Positions 59,081 to 60,000 of a stretch of DNA of 60,000 bases are shown one piece after another. The stretch lies in assembly GCA_030390025.1 (NCBI GenBank), contig CM059431.1, positions 154,382,001-154,442,000 on the forward strand, given 5' to 3'. The DNA is from Squalus acanthias. Lineage: Eukaryota. The notes beneath the pieces are model-generated. The model saw only the letters and a program-made list of their open reading frames with translations. It had not been told where the DNA came from and made no database searches. Position numbers and translations under genes: made by a program. Position 1 is the first letter of the stretch; each line of letters begins with the position of its first letter.

Positions 59081-60000
59081 TAGTCATAGAGTCATAGAGT
59101 CATAGAGTTGTACAGCACAGAAACAGGCCCTTCGGCCCATCGTGTCCTGCGTCGGCTATCGCACCCTGTCTATTCTAATCACATTTTGCAGCATTGGTCT
59201 GTATCCTTGTATGCTATGGCGTTTCAAGTGCTCATCTAAATGCTTCTTGAATGTTGTGAGGTTTCCTGCCTCTACCACTCTTTCAGGCAGTGAGTTCCAG
59301 ATTCCAACCACCCTCTGGGTGAAAAAGCTTTTCCTCAAATCCCCTCTAAACATCCTGCACCCTTCCTTGAAACTATGTCCCCTTGTTATTGAACCCTCTA
59401 CTAAGGGGAAAAGTTCATTGCTATCTACCATATCTATGCCCCTCATAATTTTGTACAGCTCAATCAGGTCCCCGCTCTGCCTTCTCTGCTCTAAGGAAAA
59501 CAACCCCAGCCTGTCCAGTCTCTCTTCATAGCTGTAGTGCTGCTACCCAGGTAACATCCTGGTGAATCTCGTCTGCACCCTCTCCAATGCAATAACATCC
59601 TTCCTATAGTGTGGCTACCAGAACTGCACACAGTATTCCAGCTGTGGCCTAACTGACGTTTTGTACAGCTCCATCACAACCTCACTGCTCTTATATTCTA
59701 ATCCTCGGCTAATGAAGGCAAGTATCCCACATGCCTTCTTAACCATCTTATCTACCTGTCCTGCTGCCTTCAGGGATCTATGTACATGCACACGAAGTTC
59801 CCTCTGATCCTCTGTCCTTCCTAAGTTCCTACCATTCATTGTGTATTCCCTTGCCTTGTTAGTCCTCCCAAAATGCTTCACCTCTCACTTTTCAAGCTTA
59901 CATTCCAATTGCCACTGTTCTGCCTATCTGACCAACCCATCTATATCGTCCTGTATCCTGAGGCTTCCCTCCTCGCTATTTACCAACCCACCAATTTTCG
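59081..60000 (-). mobile_element. CR1 LINE 3' portion, running off the window
   Basis: ORFs 59156-59503 and 59615-59881. (CATAGAGT)3 tail. Confidence 0.92.

Overview
Eukaryotic, repeat-dense vertebrate DNA, most likely a cartilaginous fish (inferred from the CR1, DeuSINE and Penelope repeat types and the NLR gene type). Most of the window is nested retroelements: many CR1 LINE copies (four full-length), a Penelope-like element, a solo LTR, a DeuSINE, RTE-X-like fragments, five or six copies of a ~730-760 bp TIR-bounded MITE family, and a degenerate minisatellite. The host-gene content is part of a + strand NLR (death-fold/CARD-like + NACHT + LRR) tandem cluster. Gene 1 (about 16.2-30.6 kb) is disabled: its NACHT exon is split by a young, almost intact 4.76 kb CR1 (intact 983-aa ORF2), carries three frameshifts, has lost its splice donor, and lacks the second death-fold exon. 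A paralogous block at 49.6-59.1 kb has that missing exon intact plus a broken copy of the first. Most notable non-obvious signals: CR1 copies with interchangeable 5' tandem-monomer arrays around a conserved core motif, an ORF1 swap between CR1 lineages, a doubled 3' terminus, a 99-bp hammerhead-ribozyme insertion with a 10-bp TSD, and covarying hairpins in the MITEs. I see no wholly new enzymatic system. All calls are by eye, without database searches.
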